The notes beneath the pieces are model-generated. The model was not told the origin of the DNA and made no database searches. It worked only from the letters and a program-made list of their open reading frames with translations. This document shows, piece after piece, positions 18,418 through 27,791 of a stretch of 64,000 nt of DNA (position 1 is the stretch's first letter; every line of letters starts with the position of its first letter). The position numbers and the translations under genes are program-made. This DNA is from Spirochaetia bacterium. GTDB lineage: Bacteria > Spirochaetota > Spirochaetia > DSM-2461. The stretch covers positions 2,048,001 to 2,112,000 of the forward strand of contig OY764216.1 of NCBI GenBank assembly GCA_963668315.1, in the 5' to 3' direction.

Positions 18418-19434
18418 TTACTGCATGTCGACAATCTGCTGGTACAGTGCGGCATTGTCGGCACTGGACTCTTTGATTACCTTGGCACAGGCTTTGACCC
18501 AGGCGCTCTTGTCGGCTACGTCCACAACGGTGGCGCCGGCAGCGGCCAGCTCTTCAAGTACTTTCTTCTCGGCACCTTCGGAGAGTTCTCTGTTGAACTG
18601 GGAAGCGATCTTTCCGGCTTCAACCAGAGCGTCCTGCTGTTTGGCGGACAGTTTGTCCCAGGCTTCGTCGGTGATGATTACCTGAATAGCGCCCAGGGTA
18701 TGACCGTCGAGGATCATGTAGGGAGCCACTTCGTTGAAGGCCTTGGATTTGTAGTTGGCGATGGGCTGCTCGGCAGCGTCGACAACGCCGGTCTGCAGAG
18801 CGGAATAAAGCTCATTGTAGTTGACAACGGTGGGGTCGGCGCCGAGGCCCTGAACCATACCACGGGCAACGGGGTCGTTGGACACGCGGATCTTCAGGCC
18901 GGCCATGTCTTCGATGCTGTTGAGGGGTTTGGTGGAGAAGAAATGTCTGAAACCTTCTTCGCCGTAGAACAGACCGCGGATTCCGGTTCCGTTTTCATGG
19001 GGTTCGAGGAGGAATTCGGGAGCCAGGTCGCTGGCGGCGAATTTCCAGAAATGATCCCTGCCGGTAAAGGTATAGGGGATAGACAGAAGCTTGGATTTCT
19101 CTCCGCCGTAGCTGGTCAGAGCGAAAGCGGAAATACGGGACATATCGATGGTTCCGCCGCCGCCGAGCATGGCATCCAGTACGTCCTGTTCAGCTCCCAG
19201 AACGCCGTTGGCCTGAATATCCAGAAGGACGGTGCCTCCGGAAAGTCTTTCAACTTCTTCTTTGAATTTGGCACCTGTCTGACCTACGATAGAGTCCATG
19301 GGGTTAACTTCGGCGTAAACCAGAGTGACTGTTTTTTCTCCGCCGTCGGCTGCGGCAGCATCGCTCTTACCGTTGGCTGTTACCATCGTTGTGGCCAGAA
19401 TCATTGTTAAAAGAATGATCAGATACTTTTTCAT
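18418..19434 (-). CDS. dctP: TRAP transporter substrate-binding protein
   Basis: GLKIRV, ELYSALQTGVVDAAEQ; signal peptide. Confidence 0.95.
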   Translation of the reverse strand: MKKYLIILLTMILATTMVTANGKSDAAAADGGEKTVTLVYAEVNPMDSIVGQTGAKFKEEVERLSGGTVLLDIQANGVLGAEQDVLDAMLGGGGTIDMSRISAFALTSYGGEKSKLLSIPYTFTGRDHFWKFAASDLAPEFLLEPHENGTGIRGLFYGEEGFRHFFSTKPLNSIEDMAGLKIRVSNDPVARGMVQGLGADPTVVNYNELYSALQTGVVDAAEQPIANYKSKAFNEVAPYMILDGHTLGAIQVIITDEAWDKLSAKQQDALVEAGKIASQFNRELSEGAEKKVLEELAAAGATVVDVADKSAWVKACAKVIKESSADNAALYQQIVDMQ

Positions 19435-19539
19435 TAAAAACTCCTTGATATTTTAATGCGCCCTCGGCAAAACCTGCCGGAAGGACAATTAATGCTATGA
19501 CGGTTTTCGGGATCCCGCTCTATGGAAGATTTTGAGAAT

Positions 19540-19595
19540 CTCCTTGATTGTACTTTGTTGCTATCCAATTGTATTTTGAAACTATCCGATTGTAT
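19540..19595. promoter_or_regulatory. Three direct repeats with 21-bp period (candidate AraC-type operator)
   Basis: CTCCTTGATTGTAC (19540), CTATCCAATTGTAT (19561), CTATCCGATTGTAT (19582). Confidence 0.6.
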
Positions 19596-19687
19596 GAATG
19601 GCCCGCGTATAACCCCTCTGAGGCCCCTCTATTTACGATTTTTTCTATTTGGAGTATTCTCTCAAGACCGCTGTACGGGAGGATGGA

Positions 19688-20284
19688 ATGAATATAGTTT
19701 TTGATCTGGGAGGCGTTGTGTTCCGGTGGGATCCGGATGCTATTCTCGCCGAATACTTTCCCGTGGGGGAGGAGCGGGAGCTTGTGGACGCTCTCGTCTT
19801 CAGGCACCGGGACTGGGCGGAAATGGACCGGGGAGCACTGACCTATGAGGAGGCCGCCCGGAGGGGGGCGGAACGCACCGGGCTGGACGAGACGCGGCTC
19901 CGCCGTTTTCTGGACGGGGTGGGGCCCCATCTGATTCCCATGGAAAAATCGACCGCCCTGCTGCGGGAGGTCAAAGCCGCCGGCCATGGGCTCTATCTCC
20001 TTTCCAACATGCACGAACCGGCCGTAAGCTGGCTGGAGAAGTACAATTTCATGAAGCTCTTCGACGGAAAAATCTACTCCTGCCTGGTCGGACAGGTTAA
20101 GCCGGCCCGGGACATTTTTCAGACCCTTCTGAACCGCTTTGCCCTTGAGCCGCGGGATACCCTGTTTATCGACGATACCCCGGGGAATCTGGTGGAACCG
20201 GCCGCCCTGGGTCTGGGAACCATCCTCTTCACCGGGGCCGACCAGTGCCGGTCCGATCTCATTTCCAGGGGCGTTTCTATATAA
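19688..20284 (+). CDS. HAD-family phosphatase (YihX-like)
   Basis: FDLGGV, LLSN, KP..DIF, FIDD; GGAGG RBS. Confidence 0.92.
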   Translation: MNIVFDLGGVVFRWDPDAILAEYFPVGEERELVDALVFRHRDWAEMDRGALTYEEAARRGAERTGLDETRLRRFLDGVGPHLIPMEKSTALLREVKAAGHGLYLLSNMHEPAVSWLEKYNFMKLFDGKIYSCLVGQVKPARDIFQTLLNRFALEPRDTLFIDDTPGNLVEPAALGLGTILFTGADQCRSDLISRGVSI

Positions 20285-20385
20285 GGGCCTTCCCCTGGCG
20301 GGGCGGGCTATCCAGGGCTCCGGGCTGATCGCCCTCCGGCCCTCCGGTCCGGCCGCACAGCGGCCGCCCTTACTATCCCTAAGGC
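20285..20385. repeat. GC-rich structured intergenic element (REP/MITE-like)
   Basis: GGGCTATCC...CTATCCCTAA flanks, CTCCGG repeated, hairpin CGGCCGC-ACA-GCGGCCG. Confidence 0.4.
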
Positions 20386-20417
20386 AAAAAAAAAGATCCA
20401 ATCGAATGATTGGATCT
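20386..20417 (-). terminator. Intrinsic terminator of tRNA-Phe
   Basis: AGATCCAATC-GAAT-GATTGGATCT hairpin with a U-tract on the minus strand. Confidence 0.85.
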
Positions 20418-20422
20418 ATAGG

Positions 20423-20495
20423 TGCCACCGATGAGATTTGAACTCATGACACAGGGATTTTCAGTCCCCTGCTCTACCGACTGAGCTACAGCGGC
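20423..20495 (-). tRNA. tRNA-Phe (GAA)
   Basis: GCCGCTGTAGCTCAGTCGGTAGAGCAGGGGACTGAAAATCCCTGTGTCATGAGTTCAAATCTCATCGGTGGCA forms a cloverleaf with anticodon GAA. TTGACA-17-TATATT promoter upstream. CCA not fully encoded (CCT follows). Confidence 0.97.
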
Positions 20496-20595
20496 ACGTG
20501 AGCAGTAATATATAACAGCGGCAAAAAATTGTCAACCGCCGGTAAAACGTTTTTTTCTCCCGCCCCGCTCACAGAGGAAAATGGACGAGGGAGGG

Positions 20596-21507
20596 CTAGA
20601 ACCGGTACGAAAGGAAGAGATCAACCTTGATTGTATGGAACTGTATGGTCCGGTCGTCGCTTAGCTGAAGGGCATCCGAGTCATCTACGGCGGCGAGCCC
20701 CAGAGAGAAGCGGTCTCCGTGGAAGACGCTCCCCGTCTTAAAATTCACCTTTATCGTGTAATAGGGCTCCAGATCGATATTGGCCTCAAGGAGAGCCGGT
20801 CCGAAACCGGCGCTCAGGCTTGCATAAAGTTCAACGATCCGCCAGTTCAGGGAACCGTAGGCTCCGGCCGACAGGGTGGGGCTGATAAGGGTCATATGTC
20901 TCAGACCCGGCAGGGTCCCGTAGTAGGGAAGATAGGGATCGGGAATCAGGGATGTCTCCGTTTTGAGGGAACGGAAAGACAGGCTGCCCAGGCCGAAAAA
21001 GAAATAGGAGAAAGGGGGCTCTTCTTCCCGGGTGTAGTAAAAGGAGGAAAGATCGGTATTTCCTCCGAGCCTTCGGTAGATATTCAGCGTGAAGGCCCTT
21101 GTCTGAAGTTCCGGATAGGGGAAGAATTCACCTGTGCTGTCCTCACAGAGCACTCCCCGGTAGTTCTGTATATTGAGGTCCCCGCCCCATCTCCCGAGGT
21201 AAAGGGAGCCCTGAAGATCGTAGAAGACTGTTTCCAGATCATATTCGTTTTCCGACGGACTTTGACCGAAGTTATAGCTGAAACCCAGCTGTTCATATCT
21301 TATTCCCAATTTGAAGGCCACCGGATTGTTCGAACCGTAACTCAGATCGGACAGGGACGTTTCCCCGTAGATATCGAAGGAGGAGAGGGGAAGGACATAG
21401 CCTGCCTCTATTTCCCATTTTCCCGTGTCCCCTTGCTCCGCTCCTATAAAGGGCACAGACAATAGTATGAGAAAAATGGTCATAGGGAGGAAAGGAATAA
21501 TCTTCAT
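20596..21507 (-). CDS. Putative outer-membrane beta-barrel protein (DUF4421-like)
   Basis: Signal peptide, amphipathic beta strands, C-terminal LFLSYRF barrel signature. Confidence 0.65.
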   Translation of the reverse strand: MKIIPFLPMTIFLILLSVPFIGAEQGDTGKWEIEAGYVLPLSSFDIYGETSLSDLSYGSNNPVAFKLGIRYEQLGFSYNFGQSPSENEYDLETVFYDLQGSLYLGRWGGDLNIQNYRGVLCEDSTGEFFPYPELQTRAFTLNIYRRLGGNTDLSSFYYTREEEPPFSYFFFGLGSLSFRSLKTETSLIPDPYLPYYGTLPGLRHMTLISPTLSAGAYGSLNWRIVELYASLSAGFGPALLEANIDLEPYYTIKVNFKTGSVFHGDRFSLGLAAVDDSDALQLSDDRTIQFHTIKVDLFLSYRF

Positions 21508-21640
21508 AGAGCTCCCTTCTGAACTCCTGTCGGATCGCAAAGGATCATGGCTGAGAGAGTTCGCCCTGTCTACTGGAATTATAAATGACGGGAAGGATAT
21601 TTTCCACTGAAAAGGGATAGGCCGTTCAGGGAGGGAAGAT

Positions 21641-21674
21641 AAAAAAGTCCGGCCCGTGATTTCCCGGGCCGGAC
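21641..21674 (-). terminator. Intrinsic terminator
   Basis: GTCCGGCCCG/CGGGCCGGAC stem plus 6 U on the minus strand. Confidence 0.8.
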
Positions 21675-21722
21675 AGATCTATATAAACCCCGGCCGCAGC
21701 CGGGGGAGGGGGCTTGAGGATC

Positions 21723-23492
21723 TTACGGAAAGATCAGGGGAGTCCGGAAGGACTCGTTTCCCAGGTCCGTTGCCAGATAGGTGTCCAGCAGGATGTAGGT
21801 CCGTGTCTGTACGGTTCCCGTCAGATCGGTGACTTCCAGTGTGGCGCCGTAGCCCGTGACAGCCGTGTTGTCCGAAGCCGTGGCGGCCACATCGTCCAGA
21901 GTCTCGGTAAAGGTCTGGAAAATAGCGGCCAGAGCGTCCGTATCTATACTGATATCGTATCCGGCAAAAGTCGCTAATGAGAGAAGGGAGTCTACCGCGG
22001 TCATACTTTCCTCAAAGGTCAGCAATTCGCTTCCGGTCAGTCCCAGAATCTGAAGGGCCACCGCGTAGTAGGCGTCGTCGAGTGAACCGCTCAGAACGCT
22101 GAAATTAAAGATATTCGCCGTACTTATCTCTGCGGATATCTCATAGCCGTCCAGTGTCCAGGTTCCCGCCATTATGGGCAGAAAGGCGTCCGGCTCCAGG
22201 TTCTCCGTAGCCCAGTTGTCCTGATGGCGGCGGGCGTATACCCCATATGTACCGTCTTCGTTTATATCGGCGATGATCTCCGTGGGCAGGTAGGCCGGGT
22301 TCAGATCGCTTTCATCGTTCAGGCTGTACCAGCGTCCCGTAATATCCGGTGTGAAGGGGGCAAAGTCGGCCAGGTCGATAGTCAGGCTGTTCTCTCCGGA
22401 TGCCAGAACCGCGGTTCGGGTCAGTACCAGATCGTCTCTGTCCGCTTCGCCGGATCCGTCTTTATCAATCAGAAAGCGGAATGTATACTCACCCGTTCCT
22501 TCCCACAGATTCAGGCCGTCCCCTTCGAATACATAGAGGGACTGGGCACTGCCCGTCAGTGTCGTACTGAGTAGGGCGGCGGCTTCCGCTCCGCCGGAGG
22601 GGAGGATTTCCAGAGAGAGGGGCGATCCCGCTTCGTTATCCATACCGGTCAGGTTCACCATGACGATTCCATCCTGGACGCTTTGGTAGTTCACGGTATA
22701 GGCTGCGGTTTCGGCCGTATCGCCCAGAATGATCAGACCGGCGTAGGCCGTTTCGCCCCCGTCCAGAGACGCGGTCAGTACGGTCGGCTGGGTAGGATCG
22801 TGCTCCCCGGCGCTTTCAACGAATGTTCCCTGGCTGTCGGCCTGGAAAAGAAGAGCCTCTCCCTCCGTATCCACAGTCAGTACGGATAGTTCCGCGACGG
22901 AAGGGGTCAGGGAGAACCAGGCTTCCTCCCCCATGGAGGTAAAGCTGTCCGTTCCGTAGACGCTGCTTGTCAGGGTGCCGGACAGGCTGCCCGGCGCGGT
23001 CAGGACTGTCGGGTCGGCGGGAAGCAGGGATACGGTCAGGCTGACCTGGGTAAAACCCATGTCAAAAGGGGCCGATTCTCCTTCGACCAGAACGGTGCCC
23101 GTCGGGGTGCCGTCGAGTATCTGGACCCGTACGGTGTAATTCTGGCCCCAGGGGACTTCCAGCTGTGCCGTCAGGGTTGCCCCGGGATTGTCCAGGGAGC
23201 CGCCGGGAAAGGAGGCTTCGGTCCGGCTCACTTCGGAACCGGCGCTGTCCAGTAGTATCAGGGCGACTTCCCTGGCGAAGAGGTAGGCCCGGCTGACAGG
23301 TTCCGCCGGTTCCAGGGTGCTCTGAAGGGCCGAAGAGATCAGGGGAACCGAAAGGGTCAGCTCGCCCGTTTCCCCCGGGGAGAGGGCGGCGGGACCCGTG
23401 CTGTCCTCGCCTGTATCGTTCATGGGCTGCTCACAGGAGTAGAAGAAAAGGAAAGCTCCTAAAAGCAGGGTGGTCAGTTTTCTCAATTTCAT
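21723..23492 (-). CDS. Large acidic Ser/Thr-rich surface lipoprotein
   Basis: Lipobox FFYSC; beta-sandwich-like composition; DKDGSGEAD and DINEDG Ca-loop-like motifs. Confidence 0.8.
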   Translation of the reverse strand: MKLRKLTTLLLGAFLFFYSCEQPMNDTGEDSTGPAALSPGETGELTLSVPLISSALQSTLEPAEPVSRAYLFAREVALILLDSAGSEVSRTEASFPGGSLDNPGATLTAQLEVPWGQNYTVRVQILDGTPTGTVLVEGESAPFDMGFTQVSLTVSLLPADPTVLTAPGSLSGTLTSSVYGTDSFTSMGEEAWFSLTPSVAELSVLTVDTEGEALLFQADSQGTFVESAGEHDPTQPTVLTASLDGGETAYAGLIILGDTAETAAYTVNYQSVQDGIVMVNLTGMDNEAGSPLSLEILPSGGAEAAALLSTTLTGSAQSLYVFEGDGLNLWEGTGEYTFRFLIDKDGSGEADRDDLVLTRTAVLASGENSLTIDLADFAPFTPDITGRWYSLNDESDLNPAYLPTEIIADINEDGTYGVYARRHQDNWATENLEPDAFLPIMAGTWTLDGYEISAEISTANIFNFSVLSGSLDDAYYAVALQILGLTGSELLTFEESMTAVDSLLSLATFAGYDISIDTDALAAIFQTFTETLDDVAATASDNTAVTGYGATLEVTDLTGTVQTRTYILLDTYLATDLGNESFRTPLIFP

Positions 23493-23508
23493 ATAATACG
23501 CTCCTTGT

Positions 23509-24501
23509 TTACTCTATACCGATGATTACCGTACCGGTGCCGGTGATGCTGATGAGGACGGAATCGCTGTCACTTTCCCCCCGGTCGTCGGTTACGGTCA
23601 GGGTCAGTTCATAGGTCAGACTGCCTTCGGCCATGGCGGCTCCGCTCTCGCCGGAAATGTCAAAGCTGGCCGTTCCGTCGTTTCCGTTGACCAGGCTGTC
23701 GTTTGTCAGAGTGCTTCCCGAGGGAAGGGCGGTGAAACCCCACTCCCATGAAACAATCGTCCCGTCCGGATCGGAGCTGGCTGAACCGTCCACAGTGATA
23801 ATCGTTTCGGCGGCGTCATAGCTCAGGGTCTGGTCGGAGCCGGCGTCGGCCTCGGGGGGGCTATTGGGGGGAGCGGTGACCGTAAGGGTTACGGAATCGC
23901 TGTCCGTCGTTCCCTGATCGTCGGTTACGGTGAGGACGGCCGTGTACACACCCTCGGCGGCGTAGGTATGGGTGATAGAGGCTCCCTCCGCCGATGACCC
24001 GTCGCCCGTATTCCAGCTGTAGGATACCACCGTTCCGTCCGGATCCTGCGTCCCGTCCGAACCGAGGGTGACGCTTTCACCCAGGGTAAGGGTCATGTCG
24101 CCCGTGGAAATGACGGCTGAGGGCGGCTGGTTGATCACCACCGTCGCCGTATCTTCGCCGGTCTGGCCGTTAATGTCGCTTACGGTAAGTCTTACGGTGT
24201 AGGTCCCCGAAGCGGCGTAGGTGTGGGAGACGATTTCCCCCTCGGCGGTGCTGCCGTCTCCGAATTCCCAGCTGTAGGAACTCAGTTCTCCGTCTCCTCC
24301 CGTGCTGGACGATCCGTTAAGATCCAGAGCGTTTCCTGTCTCATACCGTCCGTCCTGTCCCGGAAGATCCTCTGTGGTTATGCTTATATTTGCTTCGGGA
24401 TCGATATATTCCGGCGATTCTACCAGCGCGGGAATCTCACAGGAAAGCAGCAGGAAGAGTGCTGCCGTTCCCTGTATCAAAAGATTTCTTATCCTTCTCA
24501 T
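23509..24501 (-). CDS. PKD-domain lipoprotein (2 PKD + 1 PKD-like/K319L-type domain)
   Basis: Lipobox LLLSC; YSWEFGDG..HTY...G.YTV.LTV.D twice; P.ADAGSDQ...DGS.SSDPDG.I..W.W. Confidence 0.88.
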   Translation of the reverse strand: MRRIRNLLIQGTAALFLLLSCEIPALVESPEYIDPEANISITTEDLPGQDGRYETGNALDLNGSSSTGGDGELSSYSWEFGDGSTAEGEIVSHTYAASGTYTVRLTVSDINGQTGEDTATVVINQPPSAVISTGDMTLTLGESVTLGSDGTQDPDGTVVSYSWNTGDGSSAEGASITHTYAAEGVYTAVLTVTDDQGTTDSDSVTLTVTAPPNSPPEADAGSDQTLSYDAAETIITVDGSASSDPDGTIVSWEWGFTALPSGSTLTNDSLVNGNDGTASFDISGESGAAMAEGSLTYELTLTVTDDRGESDSDSVLISITGTGTVIIGIE

Positions 24502-24807
24502 CTGTTATCTCCTTTTTATGAAAGTGCCTTTGTCCTGTTTTCCGGCTTGTCATAAAAATTACCATAAGAATTGAGAGAGAACCTTTGCCTGTGGTGGGCT
24601 TTCCATGGAATGACCGGGAATATTGTGTGTTTTCTATCAGGGGCTCTTCATAAAGCCGATCGGAGGGGAACAAATTTGTTTTTGGTGAAGCGAATGAAAA
24701 GAAAACATGGGATGGGAAAAAAAAACCCTCGGCTTGACGGTTAGTGATTCTGCCGGTAGAATGTTTTTTTACAGGCGGATTATCCGTACCTGCACAGGGG
24801 AGAAAAT

Positions 24808-26439
24808 ATGACAGACATGATTGTTCTCGGCGACGAAGCTGTTGCACTGGGAGCCTTGGACGGTGGCATATCCAGCGCCTACGGTTATCCGGGAACTCCT
24901 TCGACAGAGATTATGGAGTACCTTCAGGAGGTACGGGAGAAAAAGGGCAAACCCTATGCCGTGTGGTGTTCCAACGAAAAGACCGCCTACGAAGAGGCCC
25001 TGGGAGCCAGTTATGCGGGCAAACGGGTCCTGGTCACCATGAAGCATGTGGGGCTGAATGTGGCGGCCGACGCCTTTATGAATTCCGCCCTTCTGGAAAT
25101 TAAGGGGGGGCTGGTCCTGGCCGTTGCCGACGATCCGAGCATGCACTCATCGCAGAATGAGCAGGACAGCCGGTATTTCGCCGATTTCGCCCGGATCATC
25201 TGCCTGGAACCGGTGAATCAGCAGCAGGCCTATGATATGACCAAGGGGGCTTTCGCCCTGTCCGAAGAGATGGGCGTACCCGTTATGATCCGTCTTGTCA
25301 CGCGCCTGTCCCACTCTCGTGCGGCGATCAGCCGGGGGGATTCCCTTCGGGAGAATCCTCTGGAAAAGGCTCCCAACAAGATGAACTGGATGCTTCTTCC
25401 CGCCAATGCCCGCCGGCTCTGGAACGATCTCATGGCACGTCAGGCCGCTTTCAAAGGCCGGAGCGAAGAGACCGATATGAACCCCCTCTCCCTGGAGGAG
25501 GGCGCTAAAACCGGTATTATCACATCGGGACTGGCCTATAATTATTTTATGGAGAACAGGCCGGAAATGGCCGGACCCGTTTCTCATCTCCACGTGGGGT
25601 TTTACCCCTATCCCGAAGAGAAGATCAGAACCCTGGCCGCTTCTGTGGATAAGCTGATTATCCTGGAGGAGGGCGTTCCTTTTATCGAGCGCTATCTGAG
25701 AGGCATTCTGCCCCAGAGCAAGGATATCTCCGGGAGAATCGACGGCGCCGCTCCTCTCACGGGGGAACTCAATCCCGATAACGTCAGATCTATCCTCGGA
25801 CTTAAGCCGAGGGAATTCGCCGCAGACGTGGATAAAGGGCTTGCCAGCAGACCTCCCCAGCTCTGCAAAGGCTGTCCCCACGAGGATACCTACAGCTTTA
25901 TCACGGAAGCCCGTAAAGCCTTCGAGGACAGTATCTGCACCAGCGATATAGGCTGCTACGCCCTGGGGGCTCTCCCCCCCTATTCGGCCTGCGAGACCAT
26001 TATCTGCATGGGCGCTTCCATAACCGCCGCCAAGGGCGCCGCTGAAGCGGGCAGCCGGGCCGTATGCGCCGTTATCGGAGACAGCACTTTCTTCCATTCC
26101 GGCATGACCGGTCTTGTGGACTGCGTGTCCCATCAGGCGCCGGTTACCGTGGTCATAGTGGATAACGAGACGGTGGGAATGACGGGAGGCCAGGAGACGA
26201 TCCTTCCCTCTTCCCGCCTGGAAAAAGTCGTTCTGGGGCTGGGTATCGAGAAAGAGCACCTTCACGTGGTTCATACCCACAGGAAGGAGCATCAGAATAA
26301 TGTGGAAATCATGAAAAAGGAAATGGCCTATCAGGGGCCTTCCGTTATCATCGCCGCACGGGACTGTATCGAGCATGCCCGGAAGGAGCTCGCCAAGGCC
26401 AGGAAAGCCGGCAAGGCGGCCGAGGAGGGTCAGGCATGA
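24808..26439 (+). CDS. iorA: Indolepyruvate:ferredoxin oxidoreductase alpha subunit
   Basis: YGYPGTPSTEI, NEKTA.E, MKHVGLNVAAD, SSQNEQD, RPPQLCKGCPH, DIGCY, GDSTFFHSG. Confidence 0.95.
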   Translation: MTDMIVLGDEAVALGALDGGISSAYGYPGTPSTEIMEYLQEVREKKGKPYAVWCSNEKTAYEEALGASYAGKRVLVTMKHVGLNVAADAFMNSALLEIKGGLVLAVADDPSMHSSQNEQDSRYFADFARIICLEPVNQQQAYDMTKGAFALSEEMGVPVMIRLVTRLSHSRAAISRGDSLRENPLEKAPNKMNWMLLPANARRLWNDLMARQAAFKGRSEETDMNPLSLEEGAKTGIITSGLAYNYFMENRPEMAGPVSHLHVGFYPYPEEKIRTLAASVDKLIILEEGVPFIERYLRGILPQSKDISGRIDGAAPLTGELNPDNVRSILGLKPREFAADVDKGLASRPPQLCKGCPHEDTYSFITEARKAFEDSICTSDIGCYALGALPPYSACETIICMGASITAAKGAAEAGSRAVCAVIGDSTFFHSGMTGLVDCVSHQAPVTVVIVDNETVGMTGGQETILPSSRLEKVVLGLGIEKEHLHVVHTHRKEHQNNVEIMKKEMAYQGPSVIIAARDCIEHARKELAKARKAGKAAEEGQA

Positions 26440-27011
26440 AGTACGATATCATTCTTTGCGGAGTAGGGGGGCAGGGTGTCCTCTCTCTGGCGGCCATCAT
26501 CGCCATGGCGGCCAAGGAAGAGGGACTTAACGTCCGTCAGGCCGAAGTTCACGGTATGGCACAGCGGGGCGGAGCGGTCATGTCCCATCTTCGCATATCC
26601 GACGATACGATCTATTCCGACCTCGTCAGCAAGGGGGGAGCGGATCTGATCCTCTCCATGGAACCCCTGGAGTCCCTTCGCTATACCGACTATCTCAAGC
26701 CCGACGGCGTGGTGGTGACTTCCTCCGTTCCCTTTATCAATATCTCCAACTACCCTTCGGAAGAAGAGGTTTTCGGCAAGGTCAGGGCTCTTCCCAAATC
26801 GGTCCTGATCGATTCCAAAGAGCTGGCCAAAGAGGCGGGAAACCCCAAAGCGGGAAATATGATCATGGTGGGAGGCGCTTCGGCTTTTCTGCCTTTGAGC
26901 AAGGATTCCCTGGAAAAAGCCGTTTCACAGCTTTTCGGCCGGAAAGGTCAGGAGATCGTGGCCAAAAATATCGAAGCCCTGGAAATGGGCGCCCGGGCGG
27001 CGGAGAAATAG
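26436..27011 (+). CDS. iorB: Indolepyruvate:ferredoxin oxidoreductase beta subunit
   Basis: GVGGQGV, EVHGMAQRGGAV; ATGA overlap with iorA. Confidence 0.95.
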   Translation: MKYDIILCGVGGQGVLSLAAIIAMAAKEEGLNVRQAEVHGMAQRGGAVMSHLRISDDTIYSDLVSKGGADLILSMEPLESLRYTDYLKPDGVVVTSSVPFINISNYPSEEEVFGKVRALPKSVLIDSKELAKEAGNPKAGNMIMVGGASAFLPLSKDSLEKAVSQLFGRKGQEIVAKNIEALEMGARAAEK

Positions 27012-27014
27012 TTT

Positions 27015-27791
27015 GTGGAACTCCTCGATGCCTCGCTGAACGCTTTACTTCACCGCCCCCTGACCGGGGGTGAATGGATCATTCTTATCGGCGGAGCCTT
27101 TCTCATCGGTTTGAACAAGGCCGGGCTTCGGGGAGTGAATATTGTCCTCATCCCATTTTTTGCCGCCATTCTGGGGGGGAAGACTTCGGCATCGGTGATT
27201 CTTCCCCTGCTTCTGACGGGGGATGTCTGTGCCCTTGCCGTCTATCGGAAAAAGGCGGAGTTATCCTACCTGAGGAAAATGCTGCCCCTGGCCGTGGCCG
27301 GGCTGGCGGCGGGAATGATCATCGGGATTCATGTTGACGACCGGGTTTTCATCCTGCTGATCGCCTGTTTCGTTCTGGTCTGCCTGATCCTGATGGCCTA
27401 CCGGGAGGTTTTCGGTTCCGGCCTGGTTCTGCCCGATCACTGGGCGGCCCACGGAACGGCCGGTTTTCTGGGGGGGCTCACGACGATGATGGGAAATGCG
27501 GCCGGACCGATTATGGCGGCCTATCTGCTGGCGCTGAATCTTCCCAAGGATGTTTTCATAGGGACGGGCGCCGTATTTTTCTTTATCGTCAATGTTCTCA
27601 AAGTTCCCGTCCATGCCTTTTTCTGGAAGTCCATGACCGGAGATACCCTTGTTCTCTCCGCCGTGTTGGCCCCCGTCGTATTGGTCGGTATGTTTACCGG
27701 TCTGCCCCTCATCAGGAGAATTCCCGAAAAACCCTTCCGCATCATTATTATGCTTACCGCCGCCGCCGGTTCGATCAAGCTCTTTTTCTGA
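27015..27791 (+). CDS. TauE/SafE family (sulfite exporter-type) membrane protein
   Basis: G..K.G..G, LPLLL.GD, G..TM.GNAAGP; about 8 TM. Confidence 0.88.
   Translation: MELLDASLNALLHRPLTGGEWIILIGGAFLIGLNKAGLRGVNIVLIPFFAAILGGKTSASVILPLLLTGDVCALAVYRKKAELSYLRKMLPLAVAGLAAGMIIGIHVDDRVFILLIACFVLVCLILMAYREVFGSGLVLPDHWAAHGTAGFLGGLTTMMGNAAGPIMAAYLLALNLPKDVFIGTGAVFFFIVNVLKVPVHAFFWKSMTGDTLVLSAVLAPVVLVGMFTGLPLIRRIPEKPFRIIIMLTAAAGSIKLFF

Noticed and set aside
20420..20423. tRNA lacking an encoded CCA
   Set aside because: Common in bacteria with a CCA-adding enzyme; not remarkable.
20423..20495. tRNA-Phe as an integration site for an island
   Set aside because: No integrase and no duplicated tRNA 3' end noticed in the window; its own terminator follows immediately.
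24502..24807. Possible c-di-GMP or other riboswitch upstream of the PKD lipoprotein
   Set aside because: Only a GGCAAA fragment is present; the GAAA tetraloop/receptor and P2 consensus could not be built.
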